From IMG/VR virus record IMGVR_UViG_3300029258_002308, positions 1 through 52,636 of that record: DNA of 52,636 nucleotides. The stretch is one strand, 5' to 3'. This stretch comes from a virus. Its lineage: Duplodnaviria; Caudoviricetes. Numbering within the stretch: the first letter of the stretch is position 1; each line of letters begins with the position of its first letter. The notes beneath the pieces are model-generated. The model was given only the letters and a program-made list of their open reading frames with translations. It was not told the DNA's origin and did no database searches. Both the position numbers and the translations under genes were made by a program. Below, piece after piece: positions 9,334 to 17,934 of the stretch.

Positions 9334-9881
9334 AATTTCTCTTTACATGGAAACGGGATGGTTGGGATCGGTCTATTCAAGAAACCACAAAGAGGCGGCC
9401 AGCCATCCCCTTCTATTATGTTCATCTTGAGCAAACGATCTGCCTGAATCTCTTCTACTACTCGTCGGTTGTGATCGTTGAAAGCCTTTTGGTATAGGAA
9501 CTTGTTGGGAATAGCACAACCATACACGATATCGTGAACAGCGGACATTAGTAGGTTGTATCGATGGCAATTTATCACACGATTGACATGCCTTACCATT
9601 CCTTCAAACCAATCATCGCAATCTCTGAGCGTTAGAATGAATTTGCAATCTGGGTAGGCTTCTCCAATCTCTCTGTAGAAGTGGGCGGCGGGAATATCAA
9701 CCACAGCATCTACATCGTCATATCTTAAAAAATGTGGGTCTTTCGCTTCGCCTATCAAAATATCCGTTAGTCTCTCGGGAGCCCAATGAAGACAGCGGTA
9801 ACCCAGATGGTTGAGGGCCGCAGCTAGGGAGTGGGTTCCAGTTTTGCTTAGTCCTACACCCAGTATTTTTAAGCCCATCAT
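9330..9881 (-). CDS. Sulfotransferase-family protein
   Basis: PAPS-binding 'GVGLSKTGTHSLAAAL', 'KFILTLRD', 'GWPPLCGFL..PFP'; start re-called at ATG 9881. Confidence 0.85.
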   Translation of the reverse strand: MMGLKILGVGLSKTGTHSLAAALNHLGYRCLHWAPERLTDILIGEAKDPHFLRYDDVDAVVDIPAAHFYREIGEAYPDCKFILTLRDCDDWFEGMVRHVNRVINCHRYNLLMSAVHDIVYGCAIPNKFLYQKAFNDHNRRVVEEIQADRLLKMNIIEGDGWPPLCGFLNRPIPTIPFPCKEKF

Positions 9882-10615
9882 AGATACTCCCGCCTTAGCC
9901 TGTCGTATATGCTGTCTTTGACGCATTCGTTTTTAGAAACGTAATTATACAGATGAACCGTATAAGCCCAGTCTGGGATCTCTGCGTTGGGTTCTTTGAA
10001 CATCCTCTCGCTTTCTTTGAAACCGAAGGGGCAAAACACATGCTGTTCGGTTTTATATTTCTCTAGACCGTGTTTGAAGGCATGCTTCGTAAAAACGACA
10101 GTACCCCACATTCCGAATTTTCTGGGATGTCTCCCTTCTTGAGCCATAGGCTCGATCTCCTCGATAATACTCTGAAGGAAAGGAGCTTCTTTGGGTGCTT
10201 TGAATGTTCCGTTGATGATGTTGAAGGGGTAGTTTTTCAATTCTGGTCTGGGTATTGCGTCGATTCCCGTCAACACGTATTCCTCTGTAAAATCAAATGG
10301 CTTGACGCACACCCCATCCATATTGACCCACCAACCACCGTATTTGTGGATGAGCTTGTATCTGAAATAATTGGCAAAGGTTTGCTTTGTGTGTTTAAAA
10401 CGTTGTTGCGGATGTAGGTTTTCAAACCACTTTCTGCAAACGCTTCTAGGGATAATCTCAGAGGCATCCCTGATGGCTACGCCATCAGGGATGCTTTTCA
10501 TATTTCGATAAACCCACAAATTAAACTCATGTCCATGGGTTAGATGGGATTTCGCGGTTATAATGCCGAACTCGTTAAGATCGGTTCCGATCCATAGGGA
10601 ATTGATTGTTGTCAT
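9878..10615 (-). CDS. Glycosyltransferase (GT32 / Gly_transf_sug-like)
   Basis: 'SLWIG', 'NYFRYKLIHKYGGWWVNMD', 'WGT', 'VHLYN'; DxD reads NMD here. Confidence 0.75.
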   Translation of the reverse strand: MTTINSLWIGTDLNEFGIITAKSHLTHGHEFNLWVYRNMKSIPDGVAIRDASEIIPRSVCRKWFENLHPQQRFKHTKQTFANYFRYKLIHKYGGWWVNMDGVCVKPFDFTEEYVLTGIDAIPRPELKNYPFNIINGTFKAPKEAPFLQSIIEEIEPMAQEGRHPRKFGMWGTVVFTKHAFKHGLEKYKTEQHVFCPFGFKESERMFKEPNAEIPDWAYTVHLYNYVSKNECVKDSIYDRLRREYL

Positions 10616-11445
10616 AGCATTTTTACTGTTATGAAAGGAGGAAATTCCCAAGAGGTCCAATCGTAAACGTTGTGAAGTGTATGGGGAAAGAAATATCCCC
10701 TCCGATGTTTGTCGATGTATGTATATCCGTACTTATTCATGATGTATTTTCTCGACCTTACAAGTTTTTCTCCGTAGCGTATGTTATAGTATTTTGTTTC
10801 GTCTTCTTGAACGTGTTTGTGTTTGACCCAAGTATTGGGAGAGAAGGTTACTCGGAGACTCTTTGGGAATCGGAAATAGAAATCTTCGTGTTCTTGAGCA
10901 GGAATCTCATCAATCCATTTAATATTCCATTTATCGAAATCGTCTGTTTTTCCAAGGAAGAAATTTTCAGCAAATTGGCAGCCACAATAAACCGCATCTC
11001 CGATCTGTTTATATTGGATTCTTGCGAGATCATAGAAGTGCATCATGACTCCTTCTTGGTAACTGAAGAAGCCCACGAATCTTCGAATCCTGGGTTTACC
11101 GACATCCCATAAACAGCCAGAGGAGATCGTACCATCCACTTCTCGGAGGATTGCATACAGTTTTTCGACTTTGCCCGGTTCATCCAGTATTTGGTCGTGG
11201 TCGAGTAGCAGGAAGTAAGGTGTATCGACTTTGCCAAGCAGAAAATTTCTACCGCCGCCTAAGCCTATATCGTATTCCTGCTGATAGAAGGTTACATCCT
11301 TGAATTTCGAAAAATGCGATTGAGAAAGGCCATAACTATCATCAGCGATGATGATCGGATAGTCGTAGTATTTTCGGACGCATTCGACACATTCTATTGC
11401 TAGTTTATGCCTCAGGTGGGACTTAATTAGAACAGTAACCTTCAT
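10612..11445 (-). CDS. Glycosyltransferase family 2
   Basis: 'IIIADDS', 'IGLGGGRN', 'TPYFLLLDHD', 'EHEDFY'. Confidence 0.85.
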   Translation of the reverse strand: MKVTVLIKSHLRHKLAIECVECVRKYYDYPIIIADDSYGLSQSHFSKFKDVTFYQQEYDIGLGGGRNFLLGKVDTPYFLLLDHDQILDEPGKVEKLYAILREVDGTISSGCLWDVGKPRIRRFVGFFSYQEGVMMHFYDLARIQYKQIGDAVYCGCQFAENFFLGKTDDFDKWNIKWIDEIPAQEHEDFYFRFPKSLRVTFSPNTWVKHKHVQEDETKYYNIRYGEKLVRSRKYIMNKYGYTYIDKHRRGYFFPHTLHNVYDWTSWEFPPFITVKML

Positions 11446-11459
11446 GATTTAACTTAGTA

Positions 11460-12164
11460 ATGCACATAGCCTATTTCATCTACACCGGCAGTCCGACAGT
11501 ATTGATGCTCAAATGCATTGAAAGTCTTCGTCGTTATTCCGATTGTCGAATCATATTCTATACGGACGATCTATTCCCGAGAGAGTTCTTTCAGAGAATT
11601 GAATTTTTAAGTCTTGACGATAGGTGGCCAAATCGAAGGATGACCCACCGCATGGAGTTGACATTAGAACTACCCGTAGAAGAAGACGACCAGATTTTGG
11701 TTTTAGATCTTGATCTGATATTTCAAGACAATCCGTTTCAAGTATTTGATGAGGATTTTGATTTCTTTCATACCACTAGACATTTTAAGTCGAACTACAG
11801 AGTGAATGGTGGTGTCTGGGGCTTCAGAAACAATCCTAGATCAAGGAAGTTGTTGAGATTTATGGTCGATCAAGCCAAAATTCCAACGTGGGCACCCTAT
11901 ACAGCATTCAGAGAGAAGTTTCGGATTTTTGACGACAGGGGACTTGATTGGTGGGTGGATCAAGATTTGTTGTGCGTGTTAAGTGAAAACACTCCACCTA
12001 TGAAAGTTTCCATACACGACGCAGGGTGGAAGTACAATTTGTGTCCACCTAGCGGTGGTGGGATCTCATTGACCTCCGAAGGATTGCGTGAATTTTATAA
12101 GATGTCTTCTGAGTCGGTCGTACTACACTACAAAGAACTCAAAAGCATGTTGCCGTTATTATGA
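11460..12164 (+). CDS. GT-A fold nucleotide-sugar transferase
   Basis: 'LVLDLDL', 'VNGGV', 'DQDLL', 'YN', 'VLHYK'. Confidence 0.7.
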   Translation: MHIAYFIYTGSPTVLMLKCIESLRRYSDCRIIFYTDDLFPREFFQRIEFLSLDDRWPNRRMTHRMELTLELPVEEDDQILVLDLDLIFQDNPFQVFDEDFDFFHTTRHFKSNYRVNGGVWGFRNNPRSRKLLRFMVDQAKIPTWAPYTAFREKFRIFDDRGLDWWVDQDLLCVLSENTPPMKVSIHDAGWKYNLCPPSGGGISLTSEGLREFYKMSSESVVLHYKELKSMLPLL

Positions 12165-13024
12165 AAATCGGAATTGTTACTTTCGTTCACGGCTGGTATT
12201 TAGACTACATTCCCATATATGTCTATTCGATAAGACAAGCTTACCCGGAATATGACATCAAGATCTTTATTCCTGGTAAATTGCCGGAACATTTAAAGGG
12301 AGACTTTCAGGTCGAGGAGAACTTCCTCGTAGAACACAGCCAATCCGATGATCCGACAAAGAAACCCTATTACCTGCGATGGCTTATTCCTTACGAATAT
12401 CTCAATGAGTTCGATGGGGTATTCATATGTGACGTAGATTTATTGATGTTGCGGGAGAAGCCGATGATGCACGATCAACGCATGGAGGTATGCAAGAAAA
12501 CAGGTCTGCCATTTGCGAACTTCGTTCGTCGGCCCCATCCCAGTTTTCCGAAGCGAATTACTGGCTGGCACTTTTTGATTACCGAGCCGTACTACAAAAA
12601 GGTCAACCCCATTATCGAGAGCATTCTGTCCGATTCTAACTTTGATATTTCGAACCCACCGAGCTACTGCTACGACAATGGCACCGGAGAAAAACAATGG
12701 GGTCAAGAGGCACTCCTATATCAAATGATGCATCTGGCTTTTGGCGACATTGATGATAAGATTGCAGAAGATCGACTTCACATGTCGTATCACCATGGTC
12801 TTCATCTAGGTCCTTTTCGGGGCGAGCTATCACAATTGGTCAGGGCTAAAAATCCAAAGGGAATCAAGCATTTGGGTCGAAATCTAAAATACTGGAACTC
12901 GGAGATTTTGAATTTACTAACAGATCGAGTTTTCTTAAAGCTATTAGATGAGATTAAGGAAGAAAGGGTTAGAAAGGTCTTTGAAAAAGTCCAACTTCAT
13001 TTTTTGGGCCCTAATATACTTTAG
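12161..13024 (+). CDS. GT-A fold glycosyltransferase-like protein
   Basis: 'LRWL', 'VFICDVDL', 'HHGLHL'. Confidence 0.6.
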   Translation: MKIGIVTFVHGWYLDYIPIYVYSIRQAYPEYDIKIFIPGKLPEHLKGDFQVEENFLVEHSQSDDPTKKPYYLRWLIPYEYLNEFDGVFICDVDLLMLREKPMMHDQRMEVCKKTGLPFANFVRRPHPSFPKRITGWHFLITEPYYKKVNPIIESILSDSNFDISNPPSYCYDNGTGEKQWGQEALLYQMMHLAFGDIDDKIAEDRLHMSYHHGLHLGPFRGELSQLVRAKNPKGIKHLGRNLKYWNSEILNLLTDRVFLKLLDEIKEERVRKVFEKVQLHFLGPNIL

Positions 13025-13296
13025 ATGAAGAGGATCGAATCGAACAAATTGATTTCATTCGTTAGGCTCGAAGTTCATATGTACTTTGGTGAAAATGTCG
13101 CTCTAAACGAATGTAATAAATCATATATATATTTGCCTTGACCGATCCTGTCTTCAACCGTGATGCTGGGTCGAGTGGCTCTAGGCCGTATGACAGAGAC
13201 ATCGATATTCACGGTAGATTGCGGAGTACGGTTGTTGGATGCTTCTACGTGAGGCACAACAAAAACGCAGTTTGGGAATAAAACCCAGTCGAGGCA

Positions 13297-13338
13297 GGGA
13301 GACACCATGAATGTGTAGTGATGTCTCCCTTGTTTTTG
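13297..13338 (+). terminator. Hairpin followed by a T-rich tract (possible intrinsic terminator)
   Basis: AGGGAGACA...TGTCTCCCT then TGTTTTT; loop is unusually long. Confidence 0.4.
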
Positions 13339-13365
13339 GAAAAATTATCCTCCCGTTCTATATAA

Positions 13366-13418
13366 GGGCGGCCCTCTTCGAGTCCGCTAGGCAATTGGGC
13401 GATAGGGGAGGGTCGCTT
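13366..13418 (+). ncRNA. Candidate small structured RNA
   Basis: 14-bp stem rich in G-U pairs with an inner GCAA-capped hairpin, starting just after a CTATATA motif. Confidence 0.35.
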
Positions 13419-13447
13419 GGTTTAACTAGAAAGATCAGTCCACTACC

Positions 13448-14068
13448 GTGAACTTACCAGAAATATACCGCAACGTTAATGGGGAATTAGACAAAGGTCT
13501 CGTCAATTCCTGTATCTTGTTAGATAGACTTCGTGTAGCAGACGAAATCTACCGCAAGAGTTCTTTATACCAAGACCCTCGGTATATTCCATTTTACTAT
13601 CATCTTGGCAAGTTCATCACTCCACAAGGCCTATTTCAGATAGGTTTGGGTCTCGGATTTCCGATATGCTCCCTTTTACAGAGTTGCAAAACTCTGAAAA
13701 GAATCTTCACGTTCCAACCGAAGTCCGATGGTTTTTTCTCGGCCCGGTTGGCTTTGTCAAATATCAGGGACTTTCATCGAGGCGACCTCGGATATAGTTA
13801 CGGAGGAATAGGTGATGAAGAATTTGTCACCAACTTCGAAACGGGCAACTGGGATTTAGCTTTCATAAACGTGGAAACGTCCTTGGATTTGTACCGCGAT
13901 TATCTCGACCTTATATGGCAACAACTGCCTTTAGACGGCATAATTGTCATGGATTATCTTTCTAGTTACCAAGAATCTAATGAAGCATTTACGACTTTCT
14001 GCAAAATCGTAAACCGCGAACCGGTCATTTTCAAAACACGATTCGGCACCGGCATTATTCAAAAGTAA
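13448..14068 (+). CDS. Diverged class I methyltransferase-like protein
   Basis: 'LFQIGLGLG', 'WDLAFIN', 'LPLDGIIVMD'. Confidence 0.5.
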   Translation: MNLPEIYRNVNGELDKGLVNSCILLDRLRVADEIYRKSSLYQDPRYIPFYYHLGKFITPQGLFQIGLGLGFPICSLLQSCKTLKRIFTFQPKSDGFFSARLALSNIRDFHRGDLGYSYGGIGDEEFVTNFETGNWDLAFINVETSLDLYRDYLDLIWQQLPLDGIIVMDYLSSYQESNEAFTTFCKIVNREPVIFKTRFGTGIIQK

Positions 14069-14079
14069 CTAGGAGAAAA

Positions 14080-14985
14080 ATGGATACAGAGACAAAAAAT
14101 CGACAGGTAAAAGAAACCACATCATTATGGGAAGGCACAGGCCTGCTTAAAGAACTCGACAATCAAGAAGACCGCATGATTGTTGCGGTAGTTATGGAAA
14201 ATCAACGTGTTTGGAATGAAAGAAGTCCCGATGTACCGCAATGGAAAAGAATGAGTATTCCATTCATCCGCCGAATTTTTGGACACTTCCTGCCTTCTCG
14301 ACTCGTTTCCGTTCAACCCATGTTGGAATCAACCGATATGTATCTGTGGCGGGATAAGTACGGCAATCTCCAGAGAGGCGAAGTGGTTGCTAGAATGCGG
14401 GCATTACCGGTGGAAGTGCCAGCAATACAACCCACGGGTAGAACTAAGGAACACAACTTAGACGAGGAAGCCAAGCACTGTGCGAAGATCAGTGAAGTAG
14501 CCCATGACTATATTTGCAGGGAAATTTTCAATGATTTACTTAATGTGGCGGGTCAGAATCTTATTCACCAATGGAAATCACCCAACAGGTTCTTGGATTT
14601 TCTGAGAGTCAATGGTGCTTCATCAACATCGAAAGTGGTGGGGCATCGAGCAAATTGGGCAATCATACCACAGCAATTTATAGAAGTTGTTAAGAAACAT
14701 GAAGACTTCAGGTCGGGGAAGAATGATCCCTCCAAATATTCCCAATTTGAAGGCACAGTGGGCATGTTGAGAATTTTCAGTGGACTCAAGGGAGATACCA
14801 TTCTAATGGGTTATAAGGGAGACAACTATGATGCTGGCTACTTCTATTGTCCCTATATCATGGGCGTCACAACCAATGAGGGGGGTCAGGTTTTGGCTCA
14901 GTACGGCAAGAAATGCATCAACAAGGATTACTACGCAAAAATCAAAGTTGAAGGCTACTCTGATACTGAAAAAGGAGGGAAATGA
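14080..14985 (+). CDS. Short, diverged T4 gp23-like major capsid protein paralogue
   Basis: 'WEGTGLL', 'MENQ', 'IPFIRRIF', 'LVSVQPM', 'LDEEA..REIFNDL', 'ILMGYKG..DAGYFYCPY', 'QYGKK'. Confidence 0.8.
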   Translation: MDTETKNRQVKETTSLWEGTGLLKELDNQEDRMIVAVVMENQRVWNERSPDVPQWKRMSIPFIRRIFGHFLPSRLVSVQPMLESTDMYLWRDKYGNLQRGEVVARMRALPVEVPAIQPTGRTKEHNLDEEAKHCAKISEVAHDYICREIFNDLLNVAGQNLIHQWKSPNRFLDFLRVNGASSTSKVVGHRANWAIIPQQFIEVVKKHEDFRSGKNDPSKYSQFEGTVGMLRIFSGLKGDTILMGYKGDNYDAGYFYCPYIMGVTTNEGGQVLAQYGKKCINKDYYAKIKVEGYSDTEKGGK

Positions 14986-15206
14986 ATCTTAAAAACGGTG
15001 AAGTAGAATATTTCGACGGTACTGTATGCGGCATTCAAACAGAATTTGGTTTCTTAAATCGTTTTGATACATTGGATGGACTTCTAACTAGAGGAAAAAC
15101 TAGGTGTATAACTTATCCTCATCTTTGCGATGGTGAAGTTAAAAACGAGTCTGAGGATATCTTGTTTTGTCGAAAGTGCGGAATTAGATGGAAAAGACTT
15201 GATTGA
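14982..15206 (+). CDS. Small hypothetical protein with Cys motifs
   Basis: SD AGGAGG; 'CRKCG'. Confidence 0.55.
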   Translation: MNLKNGEVEYFDGTVCGIQTEFGFLNRFDTLDGLLTRGKTRCITYPHLCDGEVKNESEDILFCRKCGIRWKRLD

Positions 15207-15246
15207 GCAAACTGGATGTGTAAAATAGAAGTCGAAAGGGGACAAA

Positions 15247-15612
15247 ATAACAGAAAAGACACAACTTAAAGGCGTACTGGTTTTCTACATCGACGTGGGA
15301 CAACTTCCTCCATTTCGGGCAGAAGCATTTGTTGAGAGGATGAAAGACAAATTCAAAAGCGGAGGTGGCAAAGATATGCCGCCCGAAGTGGCGATGATTT
15401 GGATTCCGGTTAGGAATCAATGCACAGAAGTTGATTATGTTGCCTTTGAAGCTGTTAATGACCGTAAAATTGAAAGACTAACAGACATATTGAAAGAATG
15501 GGAGGATGAATGGGATGAACACTTGGAGGAAGCTGAAGCCGAGGCCGAAAAAGCAAAAGCCGAGGTCAAGCCAGAACCCACGTTTTTAGATAAGCTGAAG
15601 TTTTGGAGGTAA
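15247..15612 (+). CDS. Stand-alone portal (gp20) clip-domain-like protein
   Basis: Frame is open upstream of the tracked GTG and reads 'LVFYIDVGQLPPFRAEAFVERMKDKF...IWIPVR..TEVD'; start probably ATA 15247 after AAGGGGA. Confidence 0.7.
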   Translation: MTEKTQLKGVLVFYIDVGQLPPFRAEAFVERMKDKFKSGGGKDMPPEVAMIWIPVRNQCTEVDYVAFEAVNDRKIERLTDILKEWEDEWDEHLEEAEAEAEKAKAEVKPEPTFLDKLKFWR

Positions 15613-15614
15613 GT

Positions 15615-16382
15615 ATCGGATACGAAGTAACATACCACTACCGTGAAGAAGTAGAGGGTTCCAAAGGACAGTACGAAGAAGAAATCAAGCAAAAAACCGC
15701 AAAGATTGGAAAGGGTTTTGAAGAAGTTTCTTTGGAGGTTCTTGCTGGAAAAATCATCGCTCAACTAGCTCGTCGCAACATTCTAGTCGTTGACGTAGAA
15801 ATCCACGAATACGTGCGAAAGAAGCTCAGTTATCGGGAATCGCCAGATGGAATCCTTATCAAAAACAAGAAATTCCGATTTGACGACGGGGCGGTCGTAG
15901 AAGCAGGAATTGAAGATCCTGGTGCCAAAGAAGAATTGGCCGAACTGCTGGCCAACAATCCTGAGTTGCTTCAAAACAATTCGGCTCTCTCGAAACCTCT
16001 TCAGCCCCAACCGCAAACGAATCTCGCTCCCCGGCCTCAGGCCCCGGCCACGTTGTCGGGAAGACGACCGATTCGTCACGAAATCTACGATCCCGATATT
16101 GCTTCCGAACATAGGGTAATTCAAAGAGGGTTGAAATTCACCAAAGGAAAACGCTATCCCATCTTTGAAGAGAACACAAGAGTAGAAGGCAGCGGGATCA
16201 TCATGTACACAACCGTGGATGATGCTGGCAAAGAAACTGAAATTGGCAACGAGTGTTTCACCGTGCCCACTCAAGGCATTCGCTATGAGAATGTGGTGAA
16301 AGAAGACAAGGCAGAAGACATAGATCTTTGGGGATCTACACAACAGGTCTCCTCAGACATGCCGGATTTAAGGGGAGGCTAG
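15615..16382 (+). CDS. Hypothetical phage protein
   Basis: Long ORF; GGAGGT SD followed by ATC at 15615 (alternative TTG 15603). Confidence 0.75.
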   Translation: MGYEVTYHYREEVEGSKGQYEEEIKQKTAKIGKGFEEVSLEVLAGKIIAQLARRNILVVDVEIHEYVRKKLSYRESPDGILIKNKKFRFDDGAVVEAGIEDPGAKEELAELLANNPELLQNNSALSKPLQPQPQTNLAPRPQAPATLSGRRPIRHEIYDPDIASEHRVIQRGLKFTKGKRYPIFEENTRVEGSGIIMYTTVDDAGKETEIGNECFTVPTQGIRYENVVKEDKAEDIDLWGSTQQVSSDMPDLRGG

Positions 16383-16383
16383 G

Positions 16384-17103
16384 ATGAGATCAGAAGTGGA
16401 CGATGCAAAGTGGTTTGAAGACAAGAAGAAGCCTTCTGTGGAAACCGAAATCTCTTTCGTGAATGGTAGAACCAGAAAGAAGTTTATCTACAACAACGAG
16501 AAGTTTCCAAACGTCAGAAAACAACATGGGGCGGAATGCGACTGCGATTACTGTAACCCTCGATGCCCGCTACCATCAGCACCACCAATAACAACTGAAA
16601 AGGATCTTTATATGTACATTGACAGAACTTGGAACTTGAAGCCCAAAACCAACGAATTGGGTGAGGAGATCGACTATGTCGAACTCAAAGAACCTACCGA
16701 AACGGAAATAGAGGACGCTAGAGAAAATTGTGCGACTACCAAGACAGTCGGTAAAAAGCAATGTGCCCCACCATTTGGAGCCGATGCAATTCCAATGGGC
16801 GATTCGATCATCTGTTGGGCGAATGCTCAATTGGACATGGCTTACCAAGAAGAGTTGGCCGAACAACAACGGTTGGAAGAGCTAATCGGCGTAGAAAGCA
16901 CGGTCGAATACCAGGAAAAGAGCAATCTTAAAGGACTGATTGTTTGTTATGTTTACTGTGATGGTGCTTGGAGCAGCAACATTGAATTAGATCGACAAAA
17001 GGAAGAATGGGACCCGATTCTAACAGGACTAATGGACGATTATGAAACGGTCTATCTTCCCGTACAAGACGGACATAGCCGCATTGAAATAGTGAATTTT
17101 TAG
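16384..17103 (+). CDS. Hypothetical protein with Cys cluster and C-terminal portal-clip-like domain
   Basis: 'HGAECDCDYC'; C-terminus aligns with ORF 15247 (LKG..V.Y; DRQKEEW; YLPVQDGHSRIEIVNF). Confidence 0.65.
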   Translation: MRSEVDDAKWFEDKKKPSVETEISFVNGRTRKKFIYNNEKFPNVRKQHGAECDCDYCNPRCPLPSAPPITTEKDLYMYIDRTWNLKPKTNELGEEIDYVELKEPTETEIEDARENCATTKTVGKKQCAPPFGADAIPMGDSIICWANAQLDMAYQEELAEQQRLEELIGVESTVEYQEKSNLKGLIVCYVYCDGAWSSNIELDRQKEEWDPILTGLMDDYETVYLPVQDGHSRIEIVNF

Positions 17104-17139
17104 ATGTCAAATGCAGCAACATCGTAAAATGGAAGTAAT

Positions 17140-17559
17140 ATGAGCAAAAAGAAATTGCAAGAGAAAAAGAAAAAGGCCCGCGAGAGAAGGGCAAAGGCCA
17201 AGGTCCTCAAAGCCAGAGCCAAAAAGAGGGCAGAGGCCAAGCATGAAAGAGAGGTTGCGAAAATTGACAGGAAATACAGTGAGAAACCGCAACCGTACTT
17301 GAAACCTGAAACACGGCTAAGAATCAACCAAGAACAAGCCGAGGCCGACAGGCAGAAAGACGAAGAAATCAAAAAACAGCTAGAACACAACGTTAAGATC
17401 CTCAAAGCTCTAGAAGAGGAATACTTGGCCGAACAAGAAGCTAGAAAGCAAGCCAACGAGTCGTTGGAAGCCGAAGGGCATGAAACACTGCAAGAGAAAC
17501 TTGATGTGCTGGCCAAGAGAGCGGAGAAAGAACAGAAAGAAAAAGAGAATGACAACTAG
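17140..17559 (+). CDS. Lys/Glu-rich coiled-coil hypothetical protein
   Basis: 139-aa ORF on the prevailing strand. Confidence 0.7.
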   Translation: MSKKKLQEKKKKARERRAKAKVLKARAKKRAEAKHEREVAKIDRKYSEKPQPYLKPETRLRINQEQAEADRQKDEEIKKQLEHNVKILKALEEEYLAEQEARKQANESLEAEGHETLQEKLDVLAKRAEKEQKEKENDN

Positions 17560-17857
17560 GGAATATCTTCAAAAATGGGCCTGTTGGTATGGCCGATGTC
17601 AGGCAGCGTACCCTTATACCTTCTGCGGTGGTGAGGAACAGTCTCAAAACAACGTAGAAAAATGGTTTCAAACGCTTCAAGCTAGATTTCTAAGTAATTA
17701 CTCCAAGGCCTATCAAAAAGAAATGAATCAGGTCGGGGTCATGTATGATGATCCATGTAACTTGATCCACAATGGCCTCAAAGAAGAGCCTGATGCTATG
17801 GAGATCCTCTTGGATAGCATTCAAGAAATTAGTGATCTAGAAACAACTGGGCAATAA
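17549..17857 (+). CDS. Hypothetical protein
   Basis: ATG overlapping the upstream gene end. Confidence 0.55.
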   Translation: MTTREYLQKWACWYGRCQAAYPYTFCGGEEQSQNNVEKWFQTLQARFLSNYSKAYQKEMNQVGVMYDDPCNLIHNGLKEEPDAMEILLDSIQEISDLETTGQ

Positions 17858-17934
17858 TTTTCGTTAGACCTTACACTCCTATAGGGTATCACGTCTTTTA
17901 ATCACATCTACTTTCACACCTAAGGAGTATTATT

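Noticed and set aside
13140-13300. RNase P RNA, SRP RNA, tRNA or hammerhead ribozyme
   Set aside because: Diagnostic conserved motifs not found; kept only as an unassigned structured region
14080-14985. The phage's true major capsid gene
   Set aside because: Short, degenerate at conserved positions and lacking neighbouring protease/scaffold genes; treated as a paralogue, though this cannot be proven from this window
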